Translations under genes and position numbers: made by a program
In this document: in pieces, positions 22,362-32,532 of the stretch
Numbering within the stretch: the first letter of the stretch is position 1
Layout: the number at the start of each line of letters is the position of its first letter
From: Selenomonadaceae bacterium
Lineage (GTDB): Bacteria; Bacillota; Negativicutes; Selenomonadales; Selenomonadaceae
Assembly: GCA_017484235.1 (NCBI GenBank)
Contig: JAFUTM010000040.1
Coordinates: 1-37,922 of the forward strand
Length of the DNA stretch: 37,922 nucleotides
Direction of reading: 5' to 3'
Notes under the pieces: generated by a model
Databases searched by the model: none
Told to the model about the DNA's origin: nothing
The model's input: the letters and a program-made list of their open reading frames with translations, nothing else

Positions 22362-22652
22362 TTATTTCTTATCGATAAGTTTTTCTTGAATCTTGTCGGT
22401 CATTTCTTTTTCCGAGAGGAGATTCTTCAAACCGATAACTGTAGCAGTCGTGTTGTTGAAGGTGCCGAGCAGTGATTCGGAGCAGAAAACGACATCATAG
22501 TTGTTAGCCTGAGATTTTGCATCGCCAACGTTGGTATGATAGATGTCAGCTTCGAGACCAAGCTTTTTGAAAACTTTTTCGAGTTTCATCTTGATGATCT
22601 GTGAAGAACCCATTCCACTGCCGCAAGCTGCGATAACTTTCAATTTTGCCAT
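22362..22652 (-). CDS. ulaB: PTS ascorbate-family EIIB component
   Basis: 96 aa. N-terminal K....CG.GMGSS phospho-cysteine motif, in ula context. Confidence 0.88.
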   Translation of the reverse strand: MAKLKVIAACGSGMGSSQIIKMKLEKVFKKLGLEADIYHTNVGDAKSQANNYDVVFCSESLLGTFNNTTATVIGLKNLLSEKEMTDKIQEKLIDKK

Positions 22653-22793
22653 TAAAAATTTCCCCTTCCAATTATAAAATTAATTTGTATTATTAATTTG
22701 AACTGCTATGAATTAATTATATCACAATATCCCTGAAAATTCTATGGAATACTGCTAATTTACAACTAAATTTAAGTTATAATCTGTTGACCG

Positions 22794-24281
22794 TCAGTCA
22801 ATAACTACTTCATCAACGGATACGCCCTGCTTTTTAGCCATAACTTCTTTATATTGATCGAAGTCTTCAGCTATCAAGAAATAAGTATCCTTGTTTTTGT
22901 AGTAAATAATCTGCGGAATTGCAAGCAAGCAGATAACAACTAAACCTACACCAACAAATTGCAGATTATTCATTATAACACCGATTAATGGCCACAAAGT
23001 ATCCCAGTCGAAGTTGCCGTGCCAGCCACCGAAGTTACCTGTTGTGAAGTAATAAGCTGCAAAGGCACCGCCGAGAACTTGGATCATACCACTGAAGAAT
23101 GGAATAATTGCCGCTGCACGAATACCACCGAGACGGTTGGCAAATACTGCGAAAGTTGCGTTATCAAAGAACAGCGGAACGAAGCCGGAGATTATAAGTA
23201 TTGGACTGTTAAAGACGATAAGACCGATAATGGCGAGGAACTGACCTACAGCACCGAACAAGAAGCCGATGGTTACTGCGTTAGGATGACCAAAGCCATA
23301 AGTTGCGGCGCAGTCGACAGCCGGAAGTGAGCCAGGAAGGAGTTTTTCCGAAATACCTTGGAAAGAGTTCGTGAGTTCCGAGACGAACATACGAACACCA
23401 AGCTGCAGTATGGTCAAGTAAACTGCGAAATAGAAAGATTTTTCAACGATGTAGAATACAAAGTTTTGTTTTGGTGAAAAACTCTTATCAATACTGTGCA
23501 TAAGGTCTGGACCCAAAACAGTAATGATTGCGCCGAAGAATATGGTCATCAATACGCCTGTTGCAACGACGTTTTCATTAAAGATTGAAAGGAATCCTGG
23601 AAGTTTTAATGTATCAAGATTCTTTTTCGGATCGCCGATCTTTTTGGCAAGTTTTGATACCAAGAAAATACCGACCATCTGTTGGTGACCTGTTGCAAAG
23701 CCGCCGCCCTCAGTGAGTTTAGCGACAGGCTCAACTGTGAGGTTAGAAGCGACTGACCAATAAGTTCCCAAAAGTACACCCAGCATCATGACAACCTGTG
23801 GATCCTGGAGCTGCGGGAAGCAGAACAGAACGAGCCACAAAGCTGTTGAGGATTGCTGAACCATGACGTGACCGGTGATGAATAAGGTTCTGATCTTCGT
23901 ATATTTGCGGAAGAAAACGAGGAGCATGTTCATAAAGAAAGCGATGAGAAGAACCATCATCATCATTGAGAAAGAACGTCCAACATTTTCGACGGACATT
24001 TGTGCTGCCGTCTGTCCAAAATATGGGTCAATAACTGCTGCTGAAAGTTCAAAACGATCTTTCAGACCGGCAAGCACTGGACGGAAGTTTCCAACCAAGC
24101 CGCCTGATGCAACGCCCAGAATCATATAACCGACCGTTGCCTTAATGAATCCAGCTATACATTCGTAAATTGGTTTACCCAAAAGTGTATATCCGACAAA
24201 GACTATAAATCCAATGAAAAATTGCGGTTTTGTCAGAATATTGTTTTGGAAGAATTCCCAAATACCAAGCAAGATTTCCAT
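22794..24281 (-). CDS. ulaA: PTS ascorbate-family EIIC permease (UlaA/SgaT)
   Basis: 495-aa polytopic protein with N-terminus F....IL..P.F..G..V..GY.LL, characteristic of UlaA/SgaT. AAGGAGG RBS. Confidence 0.88.
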   Translation of the reverse strand: MEILLGIWEFFQNNILTKPQFFIGFIVFVGYTLLGKPIYECIAGFIKATVGYMILGVASGGLVGNFRPVLAGLKDRFELSAAVIDPYFGQTAAQMSVENVGRSFSMMMMVLLIAFFMNMLLVFFRKYTKIRTLFITGHVMVQQSSTALWLVLFCFPQLQDPQVVMMLGVLLGTYWSVASNLTVEPVAKLTEGGGFATGHQQMVGIFLVSKLAKKIGDPKKNLDTLKLPGFLSIFNENVVATGVLMTIFFGAIITVLGPDLMHSIDKSFSPKQNFVFYIVEKSFYFAVYLTILQLGVRMFVSELTNSFQGISEKLLPGSLPAVDCAATYGFGHPNAVTIGFLFGAVGQFLAIIGLIVFNSPILIISGFVPLFFDNATFAVFANRLGGIRAAAIIPFFSGMIQVLGGAFAAYYFTTGNFGGWHGNFDWDTLWPLIGVIMNNLQFVGVGLVVICLLAIPQIIYYKNKDTYFLIAEDFDQYKEVMAKKQGVSVDEVVID

Positions 24282-24371
24282 AAATATCCTCCTTTATTTA
24301 AAGATTTTTATTAACATCGGCGAAATCCTCCACCTATATTGTCGATGGAGGAACCGCCGTTGATGTTTAGT

Positions 24372-24812
24372 TTATTCCTCGATTTTAACCAAATCTTCTG
24401 GAGTTTTAGCTTCGAGAACTTTTGCAACAATATCCTCATCTGAAAGCGTTTCGGACAATGCGCTGAGATTTTCGAGATGTACATTATTATTTGTTGATGC
24501 AAGAACAACAAAAATACGTGCATCTTTTTCCGGATCATTTGGATCAAAATGCACTGGTTTTTCAGTCTTCATAAAGCACATAGCAGTATCGTTGACGCCG
24601 ACGCCTTCCTGTGCGTGTGGAATGCAGATATTTGGTGCAATAACAATATAAGGTCCAAGTTCTTCAACTTTTTTGATGATTTCATCTGGATAAATAGGAG
24701 TGATTGTGCCATCATCAAGAAGTGGCTGGCAAGCTGCACGAACAGCATCACGCCAATCATCAAAGCCTTCATGGAAAGAATATCTTTTTTTAGCAACAAG
24801 TTCTTTAAACAT
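24372..24812 (-). CDS. ulaC: PTS EIIA component (UlaC/SgaA, mannitol/fructose-type IIA fold)
   Basis: 146 aa containing the active-site region IAPNICIPHA. The ATG at 24812 follows GGAGG with 8-nt spacing; the ORF-track start is an upstream TTG. Confidence 0.85.
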   Translation of the reverse strand: MFKELVAKKRYSFHEGFDDWRDAVRAACQPLLDDGTITPIYPDEIIKKVEELGPYIVIAPNICIPHAQEGVGVNDTAMCFMKTEKPVHFDPNDPEKDARIFVVLASTNNNVHLENLSALSETLSDEDIVAKVLEAKTPEDLVKIEE

Positions 24813-24875
24813 AGACAATGCCTCCAATTAAACATAAGATAAACTTAATGCAAGTACATTTAAAAACTATAAACT

Positions 24876-25655
24876 TTATTTTAAAGGTACAATAACAATC
24901 TCCATACCGCTCTGACGGAGCTTTTCTATCATCGTCGGATCCGTTTTTTCATCTGTAATCAAAACAATTTGCCGTTCATAAGTCGTGCTGCCATAAAGAT
25001 TTTTATTATTTTCACGTTGTTGAAACTTACTATGATCTGCCAAAACATAAATCTTATGATTATTCCGACTGATCATCGACTCGTTTATACCAATTTCTGT
25101 AGGAATGTCATACCTAAACTCACCATCATCATAAACCGCAGCACAACCAATGAAAATTTTATCTACCGTAATGGACAATAAATATCTCATAACGTACTCA
25201 CCGACCATGACGTGATTTCTCACTTCACCACCAGTAAGACACACAGTTACACCTTCAGGATATTTTTCATTGATTGCCCAGCCATTATTGGTGTGTACTA
25301 AAACTTTTTTATTATTGATGTACTTGAGCATATTTAAAGCGGTTCTACTGCCATTAATAAATAAAGAATCTCCATCTTGAACATATTTTGATGCATATGC
25401 TGATATACGATTTCTGCACAAGTTGACATTTTCCCCAAAACGTTTCACTTCATCGACTCTTTCCAACGAACTGGCTCCACCGTGAATTCGATAGAGTAAT
25501 TTTCGATCTTCCATAATTTGGAGGTCACGACGTACCGTCATTTCCGATATATTACAATTTTTTGCAATGTCTCCAACAGTGATTTCGCCTTTTTCAATGA
25601 CCATTTGTAATATATTTTGACGGCGTTTCTGCACAGCCTTTTGATTATTTTTCAT
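24876..25655 (-). CDS. ulaR: DeoR-family transcriptional repressor (UlaR-like)
   Basis: N-terminal HTH (RRQNILQMVIEKGEITVGDIAKNCNISEMTVRRDLQIMEDRKLL.R.HGGA) plus a DeoR C-terminal sugar-phosphate sensor domain. 259 aa. Confidence 0.85.
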   Translation of the reverse strand: MKNNQKAVQKRRQNILQMVIEKGEITVGDIAKNCNISEMTVRRDLQIMEDRKLLYRIHGGASSLERVDEVKRFGENVNLCRNRISAYASKYVQDGDSLFINGSRTALNMLKYINNKKVLVHTNNGWAINEKYPEGVTVCLTGGEVRNHVMVGEYVMRYLLSITVDKIFIGCAAVYDDGEFRYDIPTEIGINESMISRNNHKIYVLADHSKFQQRENNKNLYGSTTYERQIVLITDEKTDPTMIEKLRQSGMEIVIVPLK

Positions 25656-25813
25656 GCACCTGACTCCTTTAAGACGCTACTTTACCAAATATTTAGTATA
25701 AATATTTATATTATACAATGTCAGGAGCATTTTTTGTAGTCTTATTCCAAAAATATTTATAAAATAGCGTCTTTCAAAGAGTACAGATTTATAATTAAGC
25801 GGCGTTTCTTAAA

Positions 25814-26914
25814 TTACAAACAAGATCTGAATGGAATATTCTGTGGATGCTCGAAGCAATCTTCGAAGCCTCTCTGGTGGTGATAGTAAAGTTTATCTTT
25901 ATCTTGTGGATAGACATACTTGCCACCGACCTGCCAGAAGAACGGATGGAATTTATATTCATTGCGATCTTTCTTGAAGTCGTACAATAATTTAATTTCT
26001 TCACAGTCTGCCTGGAAGTTAGTCCAAACGTCCCAATGAATAGGAACGACGACTTTACACTGAAGGTTCTCAGCCATACGGAGAACATCAATTGAAGTCA
26101 TCTTATCCTGCATACCAATTGGGTTTTCACCAAATGAACCAAATGCAACATCAATATCATAATCTTTGCCGTGTTTTGCAAAGTAGATTGAGAAGTGTGA
26201 ATCGCCAGAATGATAGATGTTGCCGCCTGGAGTTTTGAGCAGATAATTAACGGCTTTCTCGTCCATATCGGTTGGGCATTTGCCAGTCAATTCTTCACGA
26301 TCTGGTCCAGTTGAATCTGTTGTAACAATACAAGTACGATCGAAACTGTCAAGACAGACAATTTCAATGTCCTTAATTTTGAAAGTGTCACCAGGTTTTA
26401 CCTCACGGCAGCGTTCTTGAGGAACGCCCCATTTAACCCAAGTTTCAACGGATTTTTTAGGTCCGATAAACGGAACTGGAATTTCTTTGCCATTTTCAAT
26501 GGTAGTCATTCCACTGTTAATCACGTGTGCTGCCCATTCTGCTGACATATGATCCTGATGATAATGCGTTGCAAGTACAGCGTCCACTTGCTTAAATGCA
26601 AACGGATCAATTACAAACGGAACATTACGAAGATTAGGCTGCATATTGCGGCAGCCGCACATATTGGCCATTTGATGACCAACCTTCATTTTGCCGTCAC
26701 CGTGTGTGCGTTTTCCGTTTCCACACCACAGATCAATCGTGATGTTTGCGCCACCTGGTGTTTTAAACCAAATTCCGGTGCAACCCAGCCACCACATTGC
26801 CACTTGACCTTCAGGAACTACTGCTGATTCAATGTCCTCAACCAGCCACGTTCCCCATTCTGGAAATGTACTCATTATCCATTTGTCGCGAGTCATCTCA
26901 GAAATTTTGCTCAT
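25814..26914 (-). CDS. ulaG: L-ascorbate-6-phosphate lactonase (metallo-beta-lactamase fold)
   Basis: Colinear with my recollection of E. coli UlaG: MSK...TR..WI.STFPEWG.WL, WWLGCTGIW.K, ATH.H.DH, YHSGDSH.S.Y.AKHG, DKMTS.D.LRM, WQVGGK and ending PF.S.L. Confidence 0.93.
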   Translation of the reverse strand: MSKISEMTRDKWIMSTFPEWGTWLVEDIESAVVPEGQVAMWWLGCTGIWFKTPGGANITIDLWCGNGKRTHGDGKMKVGHQMANMCGCRNMQPNLRNVPFVIDPFAFKQVDAVLATHYHQDHMSAEWAAHVINSGMTTIENGKEIPVPFIGPKKSVETWVKWGVPQERCREVKPGDTFKIKDIEIVCLDSFDRTCIVTTDSTGPDREELTGKCPTDMDEKAVNYLLKTPGGNIYHSGDSHFSIYFAKHGKDYDIDVAFGSFGENPIGMQDKMTSIDVLRMAENLQCKVVVPIHWDVWTNFQADCEEIKLLYDFKKDRNEYKFHPFFWQVGGKYVYPQDKDKLYYHHQRGFEDCFEHPQNIPFRSCL

Positions 26915-27266
26915 TTAAAAATCGCCTGCCTTTCCGTTATGGTAAACTTGGATCGTTCCGTCTTTCCAGTCTGCCAACTCTCCATTGATCGTCCTGATCT
27001 ATGTATTAAATTATAAAACTAATTAAACATAAAAGTCAATACAATTTATGTTTGTTTTATGTTAATTTTAACTTTTTTTTAATTTTATTTAACATAATGA
27101 TTACGATTATCAATTAGCGTAAAAAAAATATAAAATTTATATTGAAATTTTTTTAGATAGTTGCTATAATTTATTTATTAAAGTGCAAAAGTTCAAATAA
27201 ATTCATTTGTTGTTTCGATTTGTTTTTATGTTCATTTTATGTTTATAGTTATTTGTTCAATTTATG

Positions 27267-27295
27267 TTGACTTGCACTTTTTATGAATATATAAT
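27267..27295 (+). promoter_or_regulatory. Sigma-70 promoter for the SLH-porin gene
   Basis: TTGACT (27267-27272), a 17-nt spacer, then TATAAT (27290-27295). About 57 nt upstream of the ATG. Confidence 0.65.
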
Positions 27296-27352
27296 ATAAT
27301 TAATGTGACGTAAATGAATGAATTTACGTCAAAATGATTAGGAGGAATTTTT

Positions 27353-28684
27353 ATGAACAAGAAAATTGTTTCAGCAATGACGACCGCATTAGTCGTTGGT
27401 GTGGCGTCAACAACATTTGCAGCGGCAAGTCCTTTTAGTGATTTAGATCCAGACCATTGGGCGTATCAGTCCGTAATGCAGCTTTACAATACGTACACTG
27501 CTGACGGCAAGCGCGTTATCGATGGTATGGGCGATGGTACTTTCCAAGGCAAACGTCCTATCACTCGTTACGAAGTTGCTCAGATGGTTGCGAAGGCTCT
27601 TGCAAGAACCGACATCAGCGGCACTGATAAAGCTGCTCTTGATCGTCTTGCGGCTGAGTTCAGCGAAGAGCTTCAAAGTCTCGGCGTTCGCGTTGCTGAA
27701 CTTGAAAAATATGCTGATAAAGTACAGTGGCACGGTGAAATGCGTTACACTTATCAGAGTAACCGTTTTGACAAAGCTTATGGTCAAAAACAGCATAGAA
27801 ATAATGTCAATGAAAACCTTCTCCGTTTGGAACCAGTAATGGAAGTTAATAATCATTGGAAACTCAAAGCACGTATTGATGCTTCTGATGAAATGTCTAC
27901 AAATACCAGCGGAGATTTAAAGATGCAGCGCGGTTGGGCTGAAGGTCAGTATGGCAGTCTCAATCTTAAAGTTGGTTTGTTTGACGATCTTACGAACTAT
28001 GACCGCAATATGATGTTCTTCAATGAAATGAGCGGTGCTGAAGTTAATTTCGGTAAAGTTTTAAGAACACAAATTCGTGTCGGTCGTCTTAATACAAGTG
28101 ATAACTTGAGGTATGATGATTCTGTCAATCATTTAATAAATTATAATGGTGGTCTTAATACTGGTAGCAAATATAAAAGCAATGATCCGCTCAACGTGCA
28201 AAGTATCGCTTTAACTTATAAGCCAGGAAAAGTCTTATCCTTGACAGGTGCGTATTATCACTTCCAGTCAGACATCTTCCGCAATTCTGCTTATACCGAT
28301 AATATGAGCGAAGATGATGCAAACATTTGGGAAGTTGCACCAACTTTCCGTTTTGGTAAATTCGGTGTTGTAGGCGCATATCTCCGCAATACCAAAGCTG
28401 ATTACTATAAACATTCTCACGTAGTTGAGCTCAATTATGGTCAGGCAAAGAGAGACAGACCAGGTACTTGGATGGCTTATGCATCATATCGTTATCAAGG
28501 TATGAACGTCTCAATGGACGGCGCAAACGATGGCGCAATGTACAACACCAAAGGCTGGGAATTTGGCACACAAATTACTATTATGAAAAATATCCAGCTC
28601 AAGGGCATTTATTTCAAAGGTGAACAGCTCCATAACGGTCAAGATGCTGAAAAACTCTTCGGTCGTTGTGAATGGTTCTTCTAA
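27353..28684 (+). CDS. SLH-domain outer-membrane porin (Negativicutes OM-tethering type)
   Basis: Signal peptide (..TTFAAASPF), an SLH motif (FSDLDPDHWAYQSVMQL...G..DGTFQG.RP.TRYE.AQMVAKAL), a coiled-coil linker, then a beta-barrel-like alternating region ending in aromatic WFF. AGGAGG RBS. Confidence 0.85.
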   Translation: MNKKIVSAMTTALVVGVASTTFAAASPFSDLDPDHWAYQSVMQLYNTYTADGKRVIDGMGDGTFQGKRPITRYEVAQMVAKALARTDISGTDKAALDRLAAEFSEELQSLGVRVAELEKYADKVQWHGEMRYTYQSNRFDKAYGQKQHRNNVNENLLRLEPVMEVNNHWKLKARIDASDEMSTNTSGDLKMQRGWAEGQYGSLNLKVGLFDDLTNYDRNMMFFNEMSGAEVNFGKVLRTQIRVGRLNTSDNLRYDDSVNHLINYNGGLNTGSKYKSNDPLNVQSIALTYKPGKVLSLTGAYYHFQSDIFRNSAYTDNMSEDDANIWEVAPTFRFGKFGVVGAYLRNTKADYYKHSHVVELNYGQAKRDRPGTWMAYASYRYQGMNVSMDGANDGAMYNTKGWEFGTQITIMKNIQLKGIYFKGEQLHNGQDAEKLFGRCEWFF

Positions 28685-28744
28685 GCCGATTGTTTAATTA
28701 GGTCGTTTGATTAAATTGAAATTATTATAAGTTTATAAAAAATT

Positions 28745-28786
28745 AGCGAAACACTTCGTAATTAACAATGAGTGTTTCGCTTTTTT
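28745..28786. terminator. Bidirectional Rho-independent terminator between the convergent porin and ligase genes
   Basis: 10-bp stem gcgaaacact/agtgtttcgc with TTTTTT on the plus side and an A-run giving U's on the minus side. Confidence 0.8.
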
Positions 28787-28810
28787 ATTGATTATATTAT
28801 AATATTTGTA

Positions 28811-30448
28811 TTAACTTCTGTTTTCGAGCGTGACCAGCTTATCGGCGCCATAGCGTTTACGTAAAGCTGGTTTTTCAATTTTACCAGTGGCGTTGCGCGG
28901 AATATCAGCGAAGATGATTTTACGCGGGCGTTTATATCGTGGCAGCTCCATACAGAACTTATTAATCTCATCTTCAGTACAGGACATACCTTCTTTAATT
29001 TCGACAATCGCCGCGCTGATTTCTCCTAAACGTCTATCCGGCAGACCGATGACAGCAACATCTTTGACTTTATCAAATTTATGCAAAAAATCTTCAATCT
29101 GAACAGGATAAATATTTTCACCGCCACAGACGATAACATCTTTTTTGCGATCGACAAGAAAATAAAATCCGTCTTCGTCTTGCATTGCCATATCACCAGT
29201 TAAAAGCCAGCCGTCAATTAAAACTTCAGATGTGGCTTTATCGTCGTTATAATAACAGGTCATCACGCCAGGCCCTTTGACGCAAAGTTCGCCGACTTCA
29301 CCGTGTTGAACTTCTGCACCGTTTTCGTCAATTATCTTGCATTGCCAACGATAACCTGGAACGCCAATGGCACCGACTTTGCTTATATTCTCCAGACCGA
29401 GATGTACGCAGCCCGGACCAGTTGATTCAGATAAACCATAATTTGTATCATAATCGTGATGTGGAAAATACTTTTTCCAGCGGCGAATTAAACTTGGCGG
29501 CACTGGCTGTGCTCCAATGTGCATAAGGCGCCATTGATCCAGATTATAATCCGAAAGTTTTAAATCTCCTCTGTCGAGTGCATCAACTATATCCTGCGCC
29601 CAAGGCACAAGCAACCAGACTATTGTGCATTGTTCTTTTGATACCGTGTCGAGAATGATTTCCGGCTTAGTGCCCTTGAGAAGGGCAGCTCGACTGCCGG
29701 CAACCAGACTGCCCATCCAGTGAAATTTAGCACCGGTATGATACAACGGCGGTATACATAAGAAACAATCCTCACGCGAAGTCCTATGGTGTTTCTGTTC
29801 CATTTGTGCCGCCTGCGTCAAAGATTGATGCTTATGTAATATCGCTTTTGGAAATCCGGTTGTACCAGATGAAAAATAAATTGCACCAAAGTCGTCGTCC
29901 GTTATCTCTGGCACGTCCGGCTTATGACTTGAACAGTCAGCAACGAGCATATGATAACTCTCGGCAAAACTTGGGCAGTTGTCACCGACGTAAATTAAAA
30001 GTCTGCCGTGTGACAGACGTTCCGCATTGACTTCAATTCTGCCGATAAACTCACTGCCAAAGATAATTACATCAACTTCTGCCAGTTCCGCGCAGTATAG
30101 AATTTCAGCGGCGTCATAACGAAAGTTAAAAGGCACGGCAATTGCTCCGGTCTTTAAAATTCCAAAATAAATAGGCAGCCACTCAAGACAGTTGTACATT
30201 ATAATTGCAACTTTGTCACCCTTGCGAACGCCGCGTTCCAACAGCAGATTGGCACAGCGATTGGCCTTCTCGTCAAAAATACTCCAGGTTATTTCACGGC
30301 GATAAGGTTCAAAACGATTCGATTCAATAAGGCTGTATTCCTTCCAGCTCATACGCCGACTGTCCGGCTCAGCTGGATTCACTTCAACAAGTGCAACCTC
30401 ATCGCCATACAACTCAGCGTTGCGTTCCAAATATTCCATTACAGGCAT
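28811..30448 (-). CDS. AMP-dependent synthetase/ligase (acyl-CoA synthetase family, ANL superfamily)
   Basis: AMP-binding motif YFSSGTTGFPKA, TGD......DG.......RKKD.I..GGENIYP motif and C-terminal PR...GKI.K..LR. 545 aa. Substrate not callable. Confidence 0.9.
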   Translation of the reverse strand: MPVMEYLERNAELYGDEVALVEVNPAEPDSRRMSWKEYSLIESNRFEPYRREITWSIFDEKANRCANLLLERGVRKGDKVAIIMYNCLEWLPIYFGILKTGAIAVPFNFRYDAAEILYCAELAEVDVIIFGSEFIGRIEVNAERLSHGRLLIYVGDNCPSFAESYHMLVADCSSHKPDVPEITDDDFGAIYFSSGTTGFPKAILHKHQSLTQAAQMEQKHHRTSREDCFLCIPPLYHTGAKFHWMGSLVAGSRAALLKGTKPEIILDTVSKEQCTIVWLLVPWAQDIVDALDRGDLKLSDYNLDQWRLMHIGAQPVPPSLIRRWKKYFPHHDYDTNYGLSESTGPGCVHLGLENISKVGAIGVPGYRWQCKIIDENGAEVQHGEVGELCVKGPGVMTCYYNDDKATSEVLIDGWLLTGDMAMQDEDGFYFLVDRKKDVIVCGGENIYPVQIEDFLHKFDKVKDVAVIGLPDRRLGEISAAIVEIKEGMSCTEDEINKFCMELPRYKRPRKIIFADIPRNATGKIEKPALRKRYGADKLVTLENRS

Positions 30449-30619
30449 AAAAATGATTTCTCCTTATATAGTATTTATTGTTACATCAATTAAAAAATTT
30501 TATCACAAAACATCTCATATGTCTATAATTTTTGCAACCATACATTATTTTCAAATACTTGTATTTTATTTAAGCATATTATATAATAAATTAAATACAT
30601 TAATGAGAGGACGAAATTG

Positions 30620-32422
30620 GTGAATAATAAAATCAGAAACTTTTCAATCATTGCTCACATTGATCACGGCAAATCCACTTTAGCTGATCGGCTTATTGAG
30701 ACGACTGGCACCGTCGAGAAACGCGATATGGCAGATCAGCTTTTAGACAATATGGAACTGGAACGCGAACGCGGCATTACGATTAAGGCGCAGACCGTTC
30801 GTTTAAAATATACTGCAAATGACGGAAACGAATATATATTGAATTTAATTGACACGCCTGGTCACGTCGATTTTACTTATGAGGTTTCGCGGAGTCTTGC
30901 GGCGTGCGAAGGTGCCTTATTAGTCGTCGACGCATCGCAGGGCGTTGAAGCTCAAACACTTTCAAATGTCTACCTTGCGCTTGACAATGATTTAGAAATT
31001 ATTCCGGTTATAAACAAAATTGACCTGCCGAGTGCTGAACCGGAACGCGTCAAAGAAGAAATTGAAGAGGCGATTGGACTTGATGCCTCTGAAGCAATTC
31101 ATTGCAGTGCCAAAACCGGTGAAGGCATCAACGATATCTTAGAAGCCATTGTCAAAAAAATTCCACCACCTGACGGAGAAGCGACTAAACCGCTGCAGGC
31201 GTTGATTTTCGACTCTTATTTTGATTCGTACAAAGGTGCGGTTGCCCACGTTCGTATATTCGACGGTTCTGTAAAAAAGGGCGACAAACTCAAGTTGATT
31301 GCAACCGGAAAAGAATTTGAAGCAACGGAAATTGGATATTTTGCGCCGTCGATGATCGAATCCGGCAAACTTTCCGCCGGTGAAGTCGGATATATATGCG
31401 GCTCGCTTAAAGATGTACGTGACGTTCGAGTCGGTGACACAATTACAAGTATCGAAAAACCGGCACAGGCACTCTCTGGTTATCGTGCGCCGGTGCCAAT
31501 GGTTTTCTGTGGTCTCTATCCAACTGATAGTGCCGACTACGATAACTTAAAGGACGCTCTTGAAAAATTGCAGTTAAATGATGCAGCCTTAGTGTTTGAA
31601 CCGGAAACGTCGGCGGCATTAGGATTCGGCTTCCGATGCGGCTTTTTAGGTTTATTGCATATGGACGTTATACAGGAACGACTGGAACGAGAATATAAAT
31701 TAAAACTTGTGACGACGGCACCGTCAGTTGTCTACAAAGTCACCAAAACTAACGGCGAGAAATTGACCATTGACAATCCGGCTGCACTGCCACCTGCAAC
31801 TGAAATTAAATTTATTGAAGAACCAGTCGTTAAGGCAACGGTTATTGTTCCGTCTGATTATATTGGTGCCGTTATGGAACTCAGCCAGGAAAAGCGCGGC
31901 ACTTATAAATCAATGGACTATATTGATAAGACGCGTGTTATGATAACTTATGAGATTCCGCTCAATGAGATAATTTACGACTTTTTTGATAAATTAAAGT
32001 CTATGACACGTGGCTATGCCAGTCTGGATTATGAACTTAGCGGTTACAATGAGTCAGAATTGGTTAAGTTAGATATTTTGCTCAATGGTGAAATGGTCGA
32101 TGCATTGTCAGCAATTGTGCATAAGACACGCGCCGCACGAGTTGGTCGGGCATTGGCGCTGAAGCTTAAGCGGTTGATACCGGAACAATTGTTTGATATA
32201 CCGGTACAGGCGGCAATCGGCGGGCGTATCATTGCTCGTGAAACGGTTAAAGCTCGTCGCAAAGATGTTTTAGCTAAGTGTTACGGCGGTGATGTTTCAC
32301 GTAAACGCAAACTACTTGAGAAACAAAAAGAAGGCAAGAAACGCATGAAAGCCGTAGGAAGTGTCGACTTGCCGCAGGAGGCCTTTATGGCCGTACTCAA
32401 AGTCGACGACGAAACCAACTAA
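30620..32422 (+). CDS. lepA: Elongation factor 4 (LepA)
   Basis: [35 protein letters not shown] and a C-terminal LepA-specific region (..[29 protein letters not shown]). GTG at 30620 is preferred over TTG at 30617, based on spacing to GAGAGGA. Confidence 0.95.
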   Translation: MNNKIRNFSIIAHIDHGKSTLADRLIETTGTVEKRDMADQLLDNMELERERGITIKAQTVRLKYTANDGNEYILNLIDTPGHVDFTYEVSRSLAACEGALLVVDASQGVEAQTLSNVYLALDNDLEIIPVINKIDLPSAEPERVKEEIEEAIGLDASEAIHCSAKTGEGINDILEAIVKKIPPPDGEATKPLQALIFDSYFDSYKGAVAHVRIFDGSVKKGDKLKLIATGKEFEATEIGYFAPSMIESGKLSAGEVGYICGSLKDVRDVRVGDTITSIEKPAQALSGYRAPVPMVFCGLYPTDSADYDNLKDALEKLQLNDAALVFEPETSAALGFGFRCGFLGLLHMDVIQERLEREYKLKLVTTAPSVVYKVTKTNGEKLTIDNPAALPPATEIKFIEEPVVKATVIVPSDYIGAVMELSQEKRGTYKSMDYIDKTRVMITYEIPLNEIIYDFFDKLKSMTRGYASLDYELSGYNESELVKLDILLNGEMVDALSAIVHKTRAARVGRALALKLKRLIPEQLFDIPVQAAIGGRIIARETVKARRKDVLAKCYGGDVSRKRKLLEKQKEGKKRMKAVGSVDLPQEAFMAVLKVDDETN

Positions 32423-32426
32423 TAAT

Positions 32427-32515
32427 AATGAGGAATTGTAAATTAGGAATGAGGAATTAAAATAATGCACAATTGAAATAATTCAGCATTCCTCATTCCT
32501 AATTCCTAATTAAAA
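32427..32515. repeat. Heptamer-period array 6 with a perfect 17-bp inverted repeat
   Basis: aatgagg aattgta aattagg aatgagg aattaaa, spacer, then attcagc attcctc attccta attccta. AATTAGGAATGAGGAAT (32441-32457) is the exact reverse complement of 32488-32504. Lies between lepA and the alpha-galactosidase gene. Confidence 0.85.
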
Positions 32516-32532
32516 TATATGAGGTGATAGAT

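Noticed and set aside
26915-27352. Repeated TTTATGTT motifs in the ulaG/porin divergent region, considered as possible UlaR operators
   Set aside because: The region is extremely AT-rich. The motifs are short and irregularly spaced, and I have no sequence-level knowledge of the DeoR-type operator for this organism. This is not supportable from the sequence alone.
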